Origin: Flavobacterium sp.
GTDB taxonomy: Bacteria > Bacteroidota > Bacteroidia > Flavobacteriales > Flavobacteriaceae
Direction: 5' to 3'
DNA: 59,160 nt
NCBI GenBank assembly: GCA_017984835.1
Contig: JAGNYR010000005.1
Span: 1 to 59,160 of the forward strand
This document shows, piece by piece, positions 29,027 through 38,819 of the stretch. Position numbers and translations under genes: made by a program. The notes under the pieces were generated by a model. That model saw only the letters and a list, made by a program, of their open reading frames with translations, was not told the origin of the DNA and made no database searches. Within the stretch, counting starts at the first letter, position 1, and every line of letters begins with the position of its first letter.

Positions 29027-29419
29027 CTATTTCAAAGACAAAATATAACGTACCATTTCGGTGGCATCTTCCGTGGATAGAGTTGGGTGAGGCGTCATTG
29101 GAACTTCTCCCCACTTGCCACTACCTCCTTTGATAACTGTTGCGGCCAAAGTAGCTTCATCCATCGTCGAATATTTAGCTGCCACTTCTTTGTAAGAGGG
29201 CCCTACCAACTTTTCATCTACTTGGTGACAAGCCAAACAATCATTCGCTGCAATCAAATCAGCTCCTTTTTTGAATTCGGCTGCGACTTCAGTTGACTCG
29301 CTTTTTGCTTCAGTTGTTGAAGTCGTAGATTCATTAGATTCTGCTTTTTGTTCTTGTTTCTTATCTCCACAAGAAAGGAGTGTGCATGCTACAAGAGCGG
29401 TAACGAAAATTCGTTTCAT
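29027..29419 (-). CDS. Class I cytochrome c (c551/c552-like) lipoprotein
   Basis: CLACH heme motif, VGPSY, PM axial Met; lipobox LLSC. Confidence 0.92.
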   Translation of the reverse strand: MKRIFVTALVACTLLSCGDKKQEQKAESNESTTSTTEAKSESTEVAAEFKKGADLIAANDCLACHQVDEKLVGPSYKEVAAKYSTMDEATLAATVIKGGSGKWGEVPMTPHPTLSTEDATEMVRYILSLK

Positions 29420-29432
29420 TTTTTTGTATTGA

Positions 29433-30485
29433 TTATATTCCTAAAATTCTTTTATTAAATTCTGTATCTTGGGCTACTCCAGCAAAATCATCAAACGCTT
29501 TATCAGTTACTTTAATGATGTGGTTTTTGATAAACTCAGCCCCTTCTCTAGCTCCATCCTCCTGGTTTTTGTAGCAACATTCCCATTCTAGAACGGCCCA
29601 ACCTGGAAAATCGTAGTGGGCTAATTTACTAAAAACTTTCTTAAAATCAACTTGCCCGTCGCCCAAAGAACGAAATCTACCTGCTCGATCACTCCATCCT
29701 TGGTATCCACCATAAACGCCTTGTTTGCCTGTCGGATTGAACTCGGCATCTTTAATGTGACACGCTTTAATACGCTCGTGGTAATGATCAATATAGGTCA
29801 CATAGTCCAAACATTGCAATATAAAATGCGATGGATCATACAACAAACAAGCTCTAGGATGTTGGTTTACTTTATCCAAAAACATTTCATAAGAAATGCC
29901 GTCGTGTAAATCTTCACCAGCATGCACTTCATAGCACAAATCAACACCCGAAGCATCAAATGCATTCAAAATTGGTGTCCAACGTTTAGCCAATTCGGCA
30001 AAACCATCATGCACCAAGCCAGCAGGTCTTTGTGGCCAAGGATAAACCGTATGCCAAAGCAACGATCCACTAAAAGTAGCGTGCGCCTTCAACCCTAAAT
30101 TTTCGGAAGCTTTTGCAGCGTATTTTAATTGCTGCACAGCCCACTCATAGCGTGCTTTCGGATTTCCTTTACAAGAATCGGGTGCAAAACCATCAAACAA
30201 ATGATCGTAAGCTGGATTTACAGCAATCAATTGACCTTGTAAATGTGTAGACAACTCAGTGATTTCCAAACCGTAACCCTTGATTTTAGCTTTGAATTCC
30301 TGCGCAAAAACGGGATCTTCTGCCACCCTTTTTAAATCAAAATAACGGGTATCCCATGTCGGAATTTGTACGCCTTTAAAACCAAGACTTGCGGCCCATT
30401 GACAGATCGCATCCATTGAATTAAACGGCGCATTATCGCCGTAAAATTGAGCTAAAAATAAAGCGGGACCTTGTATTGTTTTCAT
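29433..30485 (-). CDS. Sugar phosphate isomerase/epimerase TIM barrel (AP_endonuc_2), cytoplasmic
   Basis: STHLQGQL, YEVH, YDPSH, H.KDAEF, LEWEC metal ligands; no signal peptide. Confidence 0.85.
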   Translation of the reverse strand: MKTIQGPALFLAQFYGDNAPFNSMDAICQWAASLGFKGVQIPTWDTRYFDLKRVAEDPVFAQEFKAKIKGYGLEITELSTHLQGQLIAVNPAYDHLFDGFAPDSCKGNPKARYEWAVQQLKYAAKASENLGLKAHATFSGSLLWHTVYPWPQRPAGLVHDGFAELAKRWTPILNAFDASGVDLCYEVHAGEDLHDGISYEMFLDKVNQHPRACLLYDPSHFILQCLDYVTYIDHYHERIKACHIKDAEFNPTGKQGVYGGYQGWSDRAGRFRSLGDGQVDFKKVFSKLAHYDFPGWAVLEWECCYKNQEDGAREGAEFIKNHIIKVTDKAFDDFAGVAQDTEFNKRILGI

Positions 30486-30490
30486 TCTAT

Positions 30491-31354
30491 TTATTTTGTG
30501 AATTGCTTCAAATAATAAGCGCTTTTATCAGCATTTGCTAGTACTCCTGCCTCACTGTATTTTTCTTGTTCGTAAATGAAATATTCCATTCCTAACTCTT
30601 TAACTTTTGGCAATAAATCGGTGTATTTTACACTTCCTTCACCCAAAGTACACGATGCAAAAGGCTCTTTGGCATCGATGATTCTGTCTTTGATATGACA
30701 CAATTTAAAACGATTTTTATATTTTTTTAAATATTCGATCGGATCAATTCCAGCTGTAACTACCCAATACATGTCCATTTCAAAATCAACCAATTCAGGA
30801 GAAGTCATGTCCATCATAACTTGTTGCGGAATCATTCCGTCCAATTCCTTAAACGAATAATCATGGTTGTGATACGCGAATTTGATACCGGCTTTTTTAC
30901 AAATTTCTCCTACGTGGTTAAATTCATCCGCAAATCGTTTAAAATCATCAATTGATTTTTGTGGACCCAACCAAGGGCAAATTAGGTATTTACCTCCAAC
31001 ATTTGCCATTTCATAGGCTTTCTTTTCTAAATCTTCTTTCCAATTACAATGAGAACCAATTAATTTCATACCATTGTCATCCAAGAAGGATTTAAATTCT
31101 TTGGGATTCATACCCCAAAAAATACCTTTTTCACCTTCAAAACTTTCAACTTGTTGAAATCCCATTTTTCCCACCTGACGGATGGTTTCCATCGGATTTT
31201 TATAAATGATGTCTCTTAATGTCCATAACTGGATCCCAAACTCATTAAACACAGGCGCACCGGTGGCTAATGTATTTGAAAAACTTAAATTTGGTGCTAA
31301 TGCTAACAATGCTGCCGCTTGACCCCCTTTTATTACGAATTGTCTTCTATTCAT
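30491..31354 (-). CDS. Sugar phosphate isomerase/epimerase TIM barrel, Tat-exported
   Basis: MNRRQF Tat motif; GIQLWTLRD, YHNH, EMDMYW, HIKD, EQE. Confidence 0.85.
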   Translation of the reverse strand: MNRRQFVIKGGQAAALLALAPNLSFSNTLATGAPVFNEFGIQLWTLRDIIYKNPMETIRQVGKMGFQQVESFEGEKGIFWGMNPKEFKSFLDDNGMKLIGSHCNWKEDLEKKAYEMANVGGKYLICPWLGPQKSIDDFKRFADEFNHVGEICKKAGIKFAYHNHDYSFKELDGMIPQQVMMDMTSPELVDFEMDMYWVVTAGIDPIEYLKKYKNRFKLCHIKDRIIDAKEPFASCTLGEGSVKYTDLLPKVKELGMEYFIYEQEKYSEAGVLANADKSAYYLKQFTK

Positions 31355-31371
31355 CTTTCTGATATTTACGA

Positions 31372-31908
31372 TTAGTGCGCTAAACCTACAAACATTTTAT
31401 CCCCTTTTTTATACGGGTAATCTCCAATTTGTTTTCCAGGTACTGGAAGGTATCTAAAAGTCGCTTTCGCACCTTTTTCTGATGTTAAATAGCTAAATAA
31501 CACGATTTGATACATTGCCAAGAATCCGGTGTCTTTTGGGTTTTTCACTTTGTTAAACAATTCTGCTCTTTTTTCTGCAGAGAGTTTCACAAATGAATCA
31601 TTCATTAGCTCTTTCGATTTATTTTCAACCAAATCCAAAGCTTTCAAAAAAGAAGTTTGTTCTTCTTCAGAATAAATATCTGTAAAAACACCCGAAATAA
31701 ATTGGGTTACCTCAGCAGATTTTGCACCAGGTGTTTCAGTTTCAGGAATAATGGTATCAGCAATTTCAGTAAGAAGTGCTTGATGTTCTGTACTCAGAAT
31801 CAAACTACCTGCTTCGGTGCTCTTACAACTGGTCAATAAGTAATTCGAACCTATGAAAATTCCACCACTGATCAACGCTATATTTTTTATTAGATCTCTA
31901 CGATTCAT
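31372..31908 (-). CDS. Gluconate 2-dehydrogenase subunit 3 family protein (Tat; LacC-like)
   Basis: MNRRDL Tat motif, lipobox-like LTSC, IADTIIPET.TPGA, Y.TSE.G, Y.PVPG. Confidence 0.82.
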   Translation of the reverse strand: MNRRDLIKNIALISGGIFIGSNYLLTSCKSTEAGSLILSTEHQALLTEIADTIIPETETPGAKSAEVTQFISGVFTDIYSEEEQTSFLKALDLVENKSKELMNDSFVKLSAEKRAELFNKVKNPKDTGFLAMYQIVLFSYLTSEKGAKATFRYLPVPGKQIGDYPYKKGDKMFVGLAH

Positions 31909-31927
31909 TTCTTTGTGTTTTAGTAGA

Positions 31928-33613
31928 TTATAAATTTCCTTTTTTCAATTCTTCCGCCGCGAAATTTGCAGCTCTAGCGGTCAATGCCATGTAAGTTAAA
32001 GAGGGGTTCACACAACTAGCAGAAGTCATACAAGCGCCATCGGTAACAAAAACATTCAAACAATCCCACACTTGGTTGTTTCCATTCAAAACAGAAGATT
32101 TTGGATCACGACCCATACGAGCCGTACCCATTTCGTGGATACCCATTCCTGGAGCATAATCTGATTCAAACGTATGAACATTGATGGCACCTGCTTTTTC
32201 AAGCATTTCTTTCATATCCTCCATCATGTCTTTCTTCATTTTTTTCTCATTCTCTTTTATCTCTACATCCATATTCAAAACAGGCAATCCCCATTTGTCT
32301 TTTTTATCTGGATCTAACGAGATTTTATTTTCATGGTACGGTAACATTTCGCCAAAAGCGGTTGCACCAATAGACCATTTACCTGGTTCTCCAAGAGCAT
32401 CTTTCAAATCTTTACCAATGTTCATTTCGGCAACCTGACTTTCCCAACCATCTCTTGATGCACCTCCTTGGTATCCAAAACCTCTGATATAATCACGCTT
32501 TTCATTTGGATCCACATTTCTATATCTCGGAATGTAAAACCCATTTGGACGGAAACCGTAATAATAGGAATCTTCGTGACCTTCAAATTCACCAGAAGCA
32601 CCCAATCTAAAATGGTGGTCCATGGCATTGTGTCCTAGTTCTCCACTGCTGCTTCCTAATCCACCTTCCCAAACGTCTTTGGCAGAATTCATCAAAATCC
32701 AAGTTGAGTTAAAAGCAGAGGCACAAAGGAATACAATCTTACTATTGAACGTGATTTCTTCGTTTGATTCGGCATCAATTATAGTAACACCTGTAGCTTT
32801 TTTAGTGTTTTTATCATAATTCACCTCTTTCACAATTGAAAAAGGTCGAAGCGTTAAATTTCCCGTTTTTACAGCAGCTGGCAAAGTTGAAGACTGTGTC
32901 GAGAAATAACCCCCAAACTGACATCCATTCCAACACATGTTTCTAAATTGACAAGGTGTTCTGTCTTTAATTGCTTTGGTCACGTGAGCTACTCGACCAA
33001 TAATAAGTCTTCTGGTATCATTGTATTGCTCTTTGATTTTTTGAGCCACTGTTTTTTCAACAATATTCAATTCCATTGGAGGTAAAAACTCACTGTCTGG
33101 TAATTGCGGTAAATTTTCAGCAGATCCACTTACTCCAATAAATTTTTCAACATAGCTGTACCATGGAGCAATATCTTTGTAACGGATAGGCCAGTCAACA
33201 GCGATACCGTCTTTTAAATTGGCTTCAAAATCCAAGTCACTCCATCGGTACGTTTGTCTCCCCCACATCAAAGAACGACCCCCAACATGGTATCCTCTGA
33301 ACCAGTCAAAACGTTTCTTCTCTGTATACGGACTGTCTTTATCACTTGCCCAATACGATAAATTACGCTCATTTAAAGGATAATCTCTTTTCAATACAGG
33401 ATAATCTTCAATCATTTGTTTTGTAGGACGGTAATGACGGTGTGGGTATTCCCACATTGGTTTGTTTTGTTCCACATAATCTTTGATGTGTTCAATGTTA
33501 TGCCCTCTTTCTAAAAGCAACACTTTCAATCCTTTTTCAGTCAATTCCTTAGCAGCCCATCCTCCTGATATTCCAGAGCCAACTACAATTGCATCATATG
33601 TATTTTCTGCCAT
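31928..33613 (-). CDS. GMC-family flavoprotein, probable glucoside 3-dehydrogenase large subunit
   Basis: GSGISG FAD motif, VGGRSLMWGRQ, C..RNMC..GC Fe-S cysteines, MDH, HEMGTARMG, VNPSLTYMALTARA. Confidence 0.88.
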   Translation of the reverse strand: MAENTYDAIVVGSGISGGWAAKELTEKGLKVLLLERGHNIEHIKDYVEQNKPMWEYPHRHYRPTKQMIEDYPVLKRDYPLNERNLSYWASDKDSPYTEKKRFDWFRGYHVGGRSLMWGRQTYRWSDLDFEANLKDGIAVDWPIRYKDIAPWYSYVEKFIGVSGSAENLPQLPDSEFLPPMELNIVEKTVAQKIKEQYNDTRRLIIGRVAHVTKAIKDRTPCQFRNMCWNGCQFGGYFSTQSSTLPAAVKTGNLTLRPFSIVKEVNYDKNTKKATGVTIIDAESNEEITFNSKIVFLCASAFNSTWILMNSAKDVWEGGLGSSSGELGHNAMDHHFRLGASGEFEGHEDSYYYGFRPNGFYIPRYRNVDPNEKRDYIRGFGYQGGASRDGWESQVAEMNIGKDLKDALGEPGKWSIGATAFGEMLPYHENKISLDPDKKDKWGLPVLNMDVEIKENEKKMKKDMMEDMKEMLEKAGAINVHTFESDYAPGMGIHEMGTARMGRDPKSSVLNGNNQVWDCLNVFVTDGACMTSASCVNPSLTYMALTARAANFAAEELKKGNL

Positions 33614-33631
33614 TTTAATTATTTTTTAATA

Positions 33632-34507
33632 TTATATATCACAAATCTTAATTCCATTTTCTAATGCTTTCTTTTTATCTTTTGAAACAGCAATAAACTC
33701 TTGACCTACATACCCTTGATACCCTATTTTTAATAAAGCCCTCATGATTGCTGGGTAATACAACTCTTGCGAATCGTCTATTTCGTTTCTTCCTGGCACT
33801 CCAGCGGTGTGGTAATGTCCAAAATAATGATGGTTTTCTAAAATCGTAGTGATGATGTTTCCTTCCATGATTTGCATGTGGTAGATATCATACAACAACT
33901 TAAAATTATCACTTCCTAATGCTTTACACAATTCAATTCCCCAATGAGAAGAATCGGCCATGTAATCGGGATGGTTGACTTTGCTATTAAACAGTTCCAT
34001 TTGGATGACCACGCCTCGTTTTTCTGCATAGGGCATGATTTGTTTCAAACCACTCACGCAATTTTTCAATCCAACTTCATCGCTCATTCCGTTTCGATTT
34101 CCGCTGAAGCAAATGAGGTTATGAAAACCGGAATCGGCTACCAAATCAATATGTTTCAAATAATTCTGAATCAATACCTCGTGGTTTTTTGGATCATTCC
34201 AACCTTGCGTCAAACTGATATGTGCCCCGGTACACATGGAAGAATATATTCCGTGTTTTTTCAATACTTCAAAATCCTTTGGTTCGACTAAATCGATTGC
34301 GGATATTCCCAAAGACGAAACCATCAAACACAATTCTTCAATAGATAATTCATCAAAAATCCAACGACACACACTTTGACGGATATTCCCCTTCAAAGGA
34401 ACAGGCTGCTCGCTTGATTGGATCGCATCAAATGTAGTGAAGCTAGTAAGCCCGGGTAGTAAAACACTACCCAGAGCTATTTTTTTTATGAGTTCTCTTC
34501 TTTTCAT
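33632..34507 (-). CDS. Hydroxypyruvate-isomerase-like TIM barrel, Tat-exported
   Basis: MKRRE Tat-like motif; MELFNSKVNHPDY, LYDIYHMQIMEG, HYHTAGVPGRNE. Confidence 0.85.
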   Translation of the reverse strand: MKRRELIKKIALGSVLLPGLTSFTTFDAIQSSEQPVPLKGNIRQSVCRWIFDELSIEELCLMVSSLGISAIDLVEPKDFEVLKKHGIYSSMCTGAHISLTQGWNDPKNHEVLIQNYLKHIDLVADSGFHNLICFSGNRNGMSDEVGLKNCVSGLKQIMPYAEKRGVVIQMELFNSKVNHPDYMADSSHWGIELCKALGSDNFKLLYDIYHMQIMEGNIITTILENHHYFGHYHTAGVPGRNEIDDSQELYYPAIMRALLKIGYQGYVGQEFIAVSKDKKKALENGIKICDI

Positions 34508-34510
34508 GTA

Positions 34511-35722
34511 TTAGTTTTGAACTTTAACTTTCTCCTTGAAGAAAACCCAAAACATCAAAGAAATACCCGCTGCAAACAAGCAAGGGAAAATCCAAATTTT
34601 ATTCCAATTATGCGCTCCGCCTTCTATTACATTTTGATCAACATACATTCCTGCTACATAAAATCCGATGTACATTCCTACACCGTAAGTTGCTAAAGTA
34701 ATGAGCCCTTGTGCAGAAGAACGTACATTCTCGCCTGCTTTTTGATCGGTATAAATTTGACCGGTCACAAAGAAGAAGTCATAACAAATTCCGTGTAAAG
34801 CGATACCTACATACAACATCCACAAATTATCATCTACATTTCCGTAAGCAAATAATGCGTAACGCAACACCCAAGCAATCATTCCAATCAATAGCATTTG
34901 TTTTACTCCAAAACGAATAAAAAACAAAGGCATCAAAAGTAAAAACAAGGTTTCCGACATTTGACCGATGGTCATTTTACCAGCAGCACTTGTCAACCCT
35001 ACTTCATTTAAAAACTGATTGGCTTGACCGTAATAAAACGCCAAGGGAATACAAATCAATATCGAAGCAATAAAAAATACTAAGTAATTTTTATCTGCCA
35101 ATACTTTAAAAGCATCCAATCCAAGCGTTTCAGAGATACTAACAGATTTACCCGCTTTTGGAGGAGGTGTATTTGGTAAGAAAAAGCAAAAAATACCCAA
35201 TCCAACTGATACAGCAGAAGCCACCAGGAAAGTAATATTCAACGATTTTGGCGAAGCTTCCCAAGCCATCCAACCAATGGTTAATCCAGAAACAATCCAA
35301 CCAATGGTTCCCCAAACCCTGATGTTTGAGAATTCTTTTTCGGCGTTGGTCATTTGATTTAAAGAGATGGAATTCACCAATGCGAGCGTTGGCATGAAAA
35401 GGATCATGTACACCAACAACAAACTATAAAACGAGTCAAACTCTGTTTTAGTAGAAAGTAAATACAACAATCCAGCACCTAACAAATGTAAAACGCCTAA
35501 TATTTTTTGTGCAGCAAAAAATTTATCTGCAATCATACCCACAATAAATGGGGCAACAATTGCTCCTAAACACTGAGTACCGTAGGCAAGACCCGTTTGA
35601 GAACCAGACGCGCCAATATCTCCTTTAGTCAAAAATGTTCCCATAGTTACAAACCAAATTCCCCAAACAAAAAAGTTGAAAAACATCATGGTAGACAATT
35701 GAATTCTCGTAGTAATTTTCAT
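34511..35722 (-). CDS. NupG/XapB-like MFS transporter (nucleoside:H+ symporter family)
   Basis: MMFFNFFVWGIW, IRVWGTIGWI, GQMSE, LHGICYDFFFVTGQIY. Confidence 0.85.
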   Translation of the reverse strand: MKITTRIQLSTMMFFNFFVWGIWFVTMGTFLTKGDIGASGSQTGLAYGTQCLGAIVAPFIVGMIADKFFAAQKILGVLHLLGAGLLYLLSTKTEFDSFYSLLLVYMILFMPTLALVNSISLNQMTNAEKEFSNIRVWGTIGWIVSGLTIGWMAWEASPKSLNITFLVASAVSVGLGIFCFFLPNTPPPKAGKSVSISETLGLDAFKVLADKNYLVFFIASILICIPLAFYYGQANQFLNEVGLTSAAGKMTIGQMSETLFLLLMPLFFIRFGVKQMLLIGMIAWVLRYALFAYGNVDDNLWMLYVGIALHGICYDFFFVTGQIYTDQKAGENVRSSAQGLITLATYGVGMYIGFYVAGMYVDQNVIEGGAHNWNKIWIFPCLFAAGISLMFWVFFKEKVKVQN

Positions 35723-35966
35723 TATTTAATAGTTAGTTTTATTGGTAAAAAAATACATTAAATACAAAAATAAGTGCCATTATTTTTATATAATTCATCA
35801 AACATACGAATTAATTTTATTTGAAATAAAAAAAATAAGTAGTTTTTATCAACCAAATTAAATAATTGCTTCTTTTTCAAGCAATAATACTTTTTTTAGA
35901 TAAAAATCTTGGATTCTCGATTTTTTTTTAGCAAGTTTGCAATAACAATCACCAAAAAATTATACG

Positions 35967-37133
35967 ATGCATACTAGAAAATTAAGAATGGGAATGATCG
36001 GTGGCGGAAAAGACGCTTTCATTGGAGCTATACACAGATTTGCAATCAATTTAGATGGATTAATCGAACTAAAATGCGGTGCATTAAGTGTTAACCCTGC
36101 GGTAGCTATTGAATCGGGAGAAATGTTATTTCTTGAAAAAGATAGAATTTATACAGATTATAAAGTAATGTTAGCAACCGAAGCAGCCAAACCTAAAGAA
36201 GATCGCATCGATTTTGTTAGTATTGTAACACCCAATTTTGCCCATTTTGAACCTGCAATGTTGGCACTTGAACATGGTTTTAATGTCGTGATTGAAAAAC
36301 CAATTACACTAAACCTTGAACAAGCCAAACAACTTCATGCGAAAGTACAAGAAACAGGTTTGCGCTTGTGTCTTACTCATACCTACTCGGGATATCCTAT
36401 GGTGAAACAGGCCAAAGCAATGGTGAAAAATGGTGATTTGGGAAAACTACGTAAAGTATGGGTAGAATATCCTCAAGGATGGCTAAGCAAATTATCTGAG
36501 CGTGAAGGAAATGCCCAAGCAGCTTGGAGAACCGACCCAACCAAAAGTGGTAAAAGTGGATGCATGGGCGACATTGGATCGCATGCAGCTCATTTAACCG
36601 AATACATTACCGGATTAAAAATTACTGAACTTTGTGCCGACCTAAGTATTAAGGTTGAAGGCAGAATGTTGGATGATGACGGAAACGTATTGATTCGATT
36701 AGAAAATGGTGTTAACGGAGTTTTGATGGCATCTCAAGTGGCTGCCGGAGAAGAAAATGCATTAAAAATTAGAGTGTATGGCGAAAAAGGATGTGTCGAG
36801 TGGCATCAAATGGAACCAAACACCTTACTATTGAAATGGTTAGACGCGCCAACACAAATACTAAGAGCTGGTAGTAATTATGCCAGCCAAAGTGAATTCA
36901 TGACATCAAATTGTAGAACACCTGGTGGACATCCCGAAGGATATTTAGAGGCGTTTGCTAACATCTATAAAAACTTCGCCTTGACATTGTTGAGTGACTT
37001 GAAAGGGGAACAACCAACTCCTTTGATGCTTGATTTTCCAAACGAGAACGATGGATTGAGAGGAATGGCGTTTATTGAAAATGTAGTAGATTCATCCAAT
37101 TCAGATATCAAGTGGTTTCCATTTACCATGTAG
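35967..37133 (+). CDS. Gfo/Idh/MocA NAD-dependent oxidoreductase
   Basis: GMIGGG...FIG..H, IVTPN..H, IEKP, GDIGSH; divergent from the GMC operon. Confidence 0.9.
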   Translation: MHTRKLRMGMIGGGKDAFIGAIHRFAINLDGLIELKCGALSVNPAVAIESGEMLFLEKDRIYTDYKVMLATEAAKPKEDRIDFVSIVTPNFAHFEPAMLALEHGFNVVIEKPITLNLEQAKQLHAKVQETGLRLCLTHTYSGYPMVKQAKAMVKNGDLGKLRKVWVEYPQGWLSKLSEREGNAQAAWRTDPTKSGKSGCMGDIGSHAAHLTEYITGLKITELCADLSIKVEGRMLDDDGNVLIRLENGVNGVLMASQVAAGEENALKIRVYGEKGCVEWHQMEPNTLLLKWLDAPTQILRAGSNYASQSEFMTSNCRTPGGHPEGYLEAFANIYKNFALTLLSDLKGEQPTPLMLDFPNENDGLRGMAFIENVVDSSNSDIKWFPFTM

Positions 37134-37147
37134 AAACAGCATAAAAG

Positions 37148-37184
37148 AAAAAAAACTCGTTAAGTTTATTAACGAGTTTTTTTT
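37148..37184. terminator. Bidirectional terminator
   Basis: A-run-CTCGTTAA...TTAACGAG-T-run. Confidence 0.82.
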
Positions 37185-37206
37185 ATACTTTTTTTATTAG
37201 GAAAAT

Positions 37207-37518
37207 TTAGGGTAATGCTACTTCTCCCTCCCAATTCATAAAACCGCCTTCCAGGTTGAATACATTTTCAAATCCAAGTTGACTCATGATCGCACAAGCT
37301 TGACCGCTTCTTCCACCCGATTTACAATACACATATATTTTTTTCGTCTTATCCAATTCATCTAGACGGTAAATAAACGCTTGTCCGCCATAAATATCAT
37401 TAAACAAAGCATTAGGTATAAAACCTTCATTCCATTCATCTTCGGTTCTCACATCCAAAATGATTGCGTTCGGATCTTGACTTATTTGTGATGCCCATTC
37501 TTCTTGAGATAAATTCAT
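37207..37518 (-). CDS. Rhodanese-like domain protein
   Basis: LDVRT..E, CKSGGRS active loop, NLEGG..W; ATG at 37518. Confidence 0.88.
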   Translation of the reverse strand: MNLSQEEWASQISQDPNAIILDVRTEDEWNEGFIPNALFNDIYGGQAFIYRLDELDKTKKIYVYCKSGGRSGQACAIMSQLGFENVFNLEGGFMNWEGEVALP

Positions 37519-37635
37519 AGGTGTTGTTTTTAAATTTTTTTCAAAAATAATAATATTATTCAAAATCGAGGTATCGACATCCACTTTTTAATGGATAATG
37601 GTATTTAAAAAATAATAGCCAAAATTTAACATTTC

Positions 37636-37681
37636 ATTTGTATATACAAATAAAAAATACACTACATTTGTACCGACAAAT
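37636..37681 (+). promoter_or_regulatory. marR promoter (-33 TTTG at 37637, -7 TACATTTG at 37663) overlapped by two ATTTGT-N4-ACAAAT operators
   Basis: ATTTGTATATACAAAT (37636-37651) and ATTTGTACCGACAAAT (37666-37681). Confidence 0.7.
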
Positions 37682-37696
37682 ATTACCTATACAATA

Positions 37697-38155
37697 ATGA
37701 GAATTGAAGAAGTTATTAAATCGAGTGTAGCATTGGATGATTCCAAAAAAATCATCTTAAATATTTTATATACACAAAGCGTCATCAATGATCGATTCAA
37801 TGAATTATTAAAACCGTATGATGTTTCTGGGGAACAATACAATGTACTTCGAATTTTAAGAGGTCAAAAAGGCAAGCCGGCTAACATGAGTTTGATTCAG
37901 GAACGCATGATTGCAAAAAACAGCAATACGACCCGACTGATTGATAAGTTATTGATTAAAGAACTTGTTACAAGAAAGGTCTGCCCAGAGAACCGAAGAA
38001 AAATCGAAGTATTGATTACCCCTAAAGGATTGGATTTATTATCAAAATTAGATCCAGAAGTCATTCAAAATGAAGAACAATTGAGTTTGAATTTAACCGA
38101 AGACGAACAAACCCAACTTATCCAATTATTAGAAAAATACAGACAAATAAAATAA
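37697..38155 (+). CDS. MarR family transcriptional regulator
   Basis: QYNVLRILRG, TTRLIDKL, NRR.....IT.KG winged-helix pattern. Confidence 0.9.
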   Translation: MRIEEVIKSSVALDDSKKIILNILYTQSVINDRFNELLKPYDVSGEQYNVLRILRGQKGKPANMSLIQERMIAKNSNTTRLIDKLLIKELVTRKVCPENRRKIEVLITPKGLDLLSKLDPEVIQNEEQLSLNLTEDEQTQLIQLLEKYRQIK

Positions 38156-38162
38156 ATTAATT

Positions 38163-38795
38163 ATGAGCAACTTCATCGAACATGCCAAATGGCGTTACGC
38201 AACCAAGAAATTTGATGCTACCAAAAAAATTTCTGATAGTGATTTAGAATTTCTTAAAGAAGCAATTCAACTCGCTAGCTCTTCTTACGGTTTACAACCT
38301 TACAAAGTGATCATTGTAGAAAATCCTGAATTAAGAGCCAAATTATTACCTGTTTCATGGGGTCAAGCTCAAATTACAGATGCTTCTCACCTATTTGTAT
38401 TTGCAAATGAAATCAACGTAGGCGACACACAAATTGATGCTTATTTCAAAAACTTGACTGCCACCAGAGGCATTCCTCAAGAGGCCGTTCAAGGGTACAC
38501 CGATTTTATGAAAAATAACATCAACGGATTACCAGAAGCAAAAAGAAATACGTGGACATCCAAACAAACTTACATTGCTTTGGGTAATTTATTGTCTGCA
38601 GCGGCCGAATTAAAAATTGATGTAACACCCATGGAAGGTTTTGTTCCAGAACAATACAATGAAATTTTAGGATTAGACAAATTGGGATTAAACGCTTCAT
38701 TAGTGGCTACAGTTGGCTACAGACACGTTGAAGACGACACCCAACATTACGCGAAAGTTCGCAAGCCCCTTTCTGAATTATTTATCAAATTATAA
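38163..38795 (+). CDS. NAD(P)H nitroreductase (NfsB-like)
   Basis: WRYATKKFD, SSYGLQP, D.TPMEGF, GYR, KVR. Confidence 0.9.
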   Translation: MSNFIEHAKWRYATKKFDATKKISDSDLEFLKEAIQLASSSYGLQPYKVIIVENPELRAKLLPVSWGQAQITDASHLFVFANEINVGDTQIDAYFKNLTATRGIPQEAVQGYTDFMKNNINGLPEAKRNTWTSKQTYIALGNLLSAAAELKIDVTPMEGFVPEQYNEILGLDKLGLNASLVATVGYRHVEDDTQHYAKVRKPLSELFIKL

Positions 38796-38819
38796 CAAAA
38801 ACCCTTTAAATCAATTATT

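Noticed and set aside
29433-37133. myo-Inositol catabolism (iolG/iolE-like annotations)
   Set aside because: iolB, iolC and iolD are absent, and the GMC/Tat subunit/cytochrome c/DUF1080 combination fits 3-ketoglycoside metabolism better.
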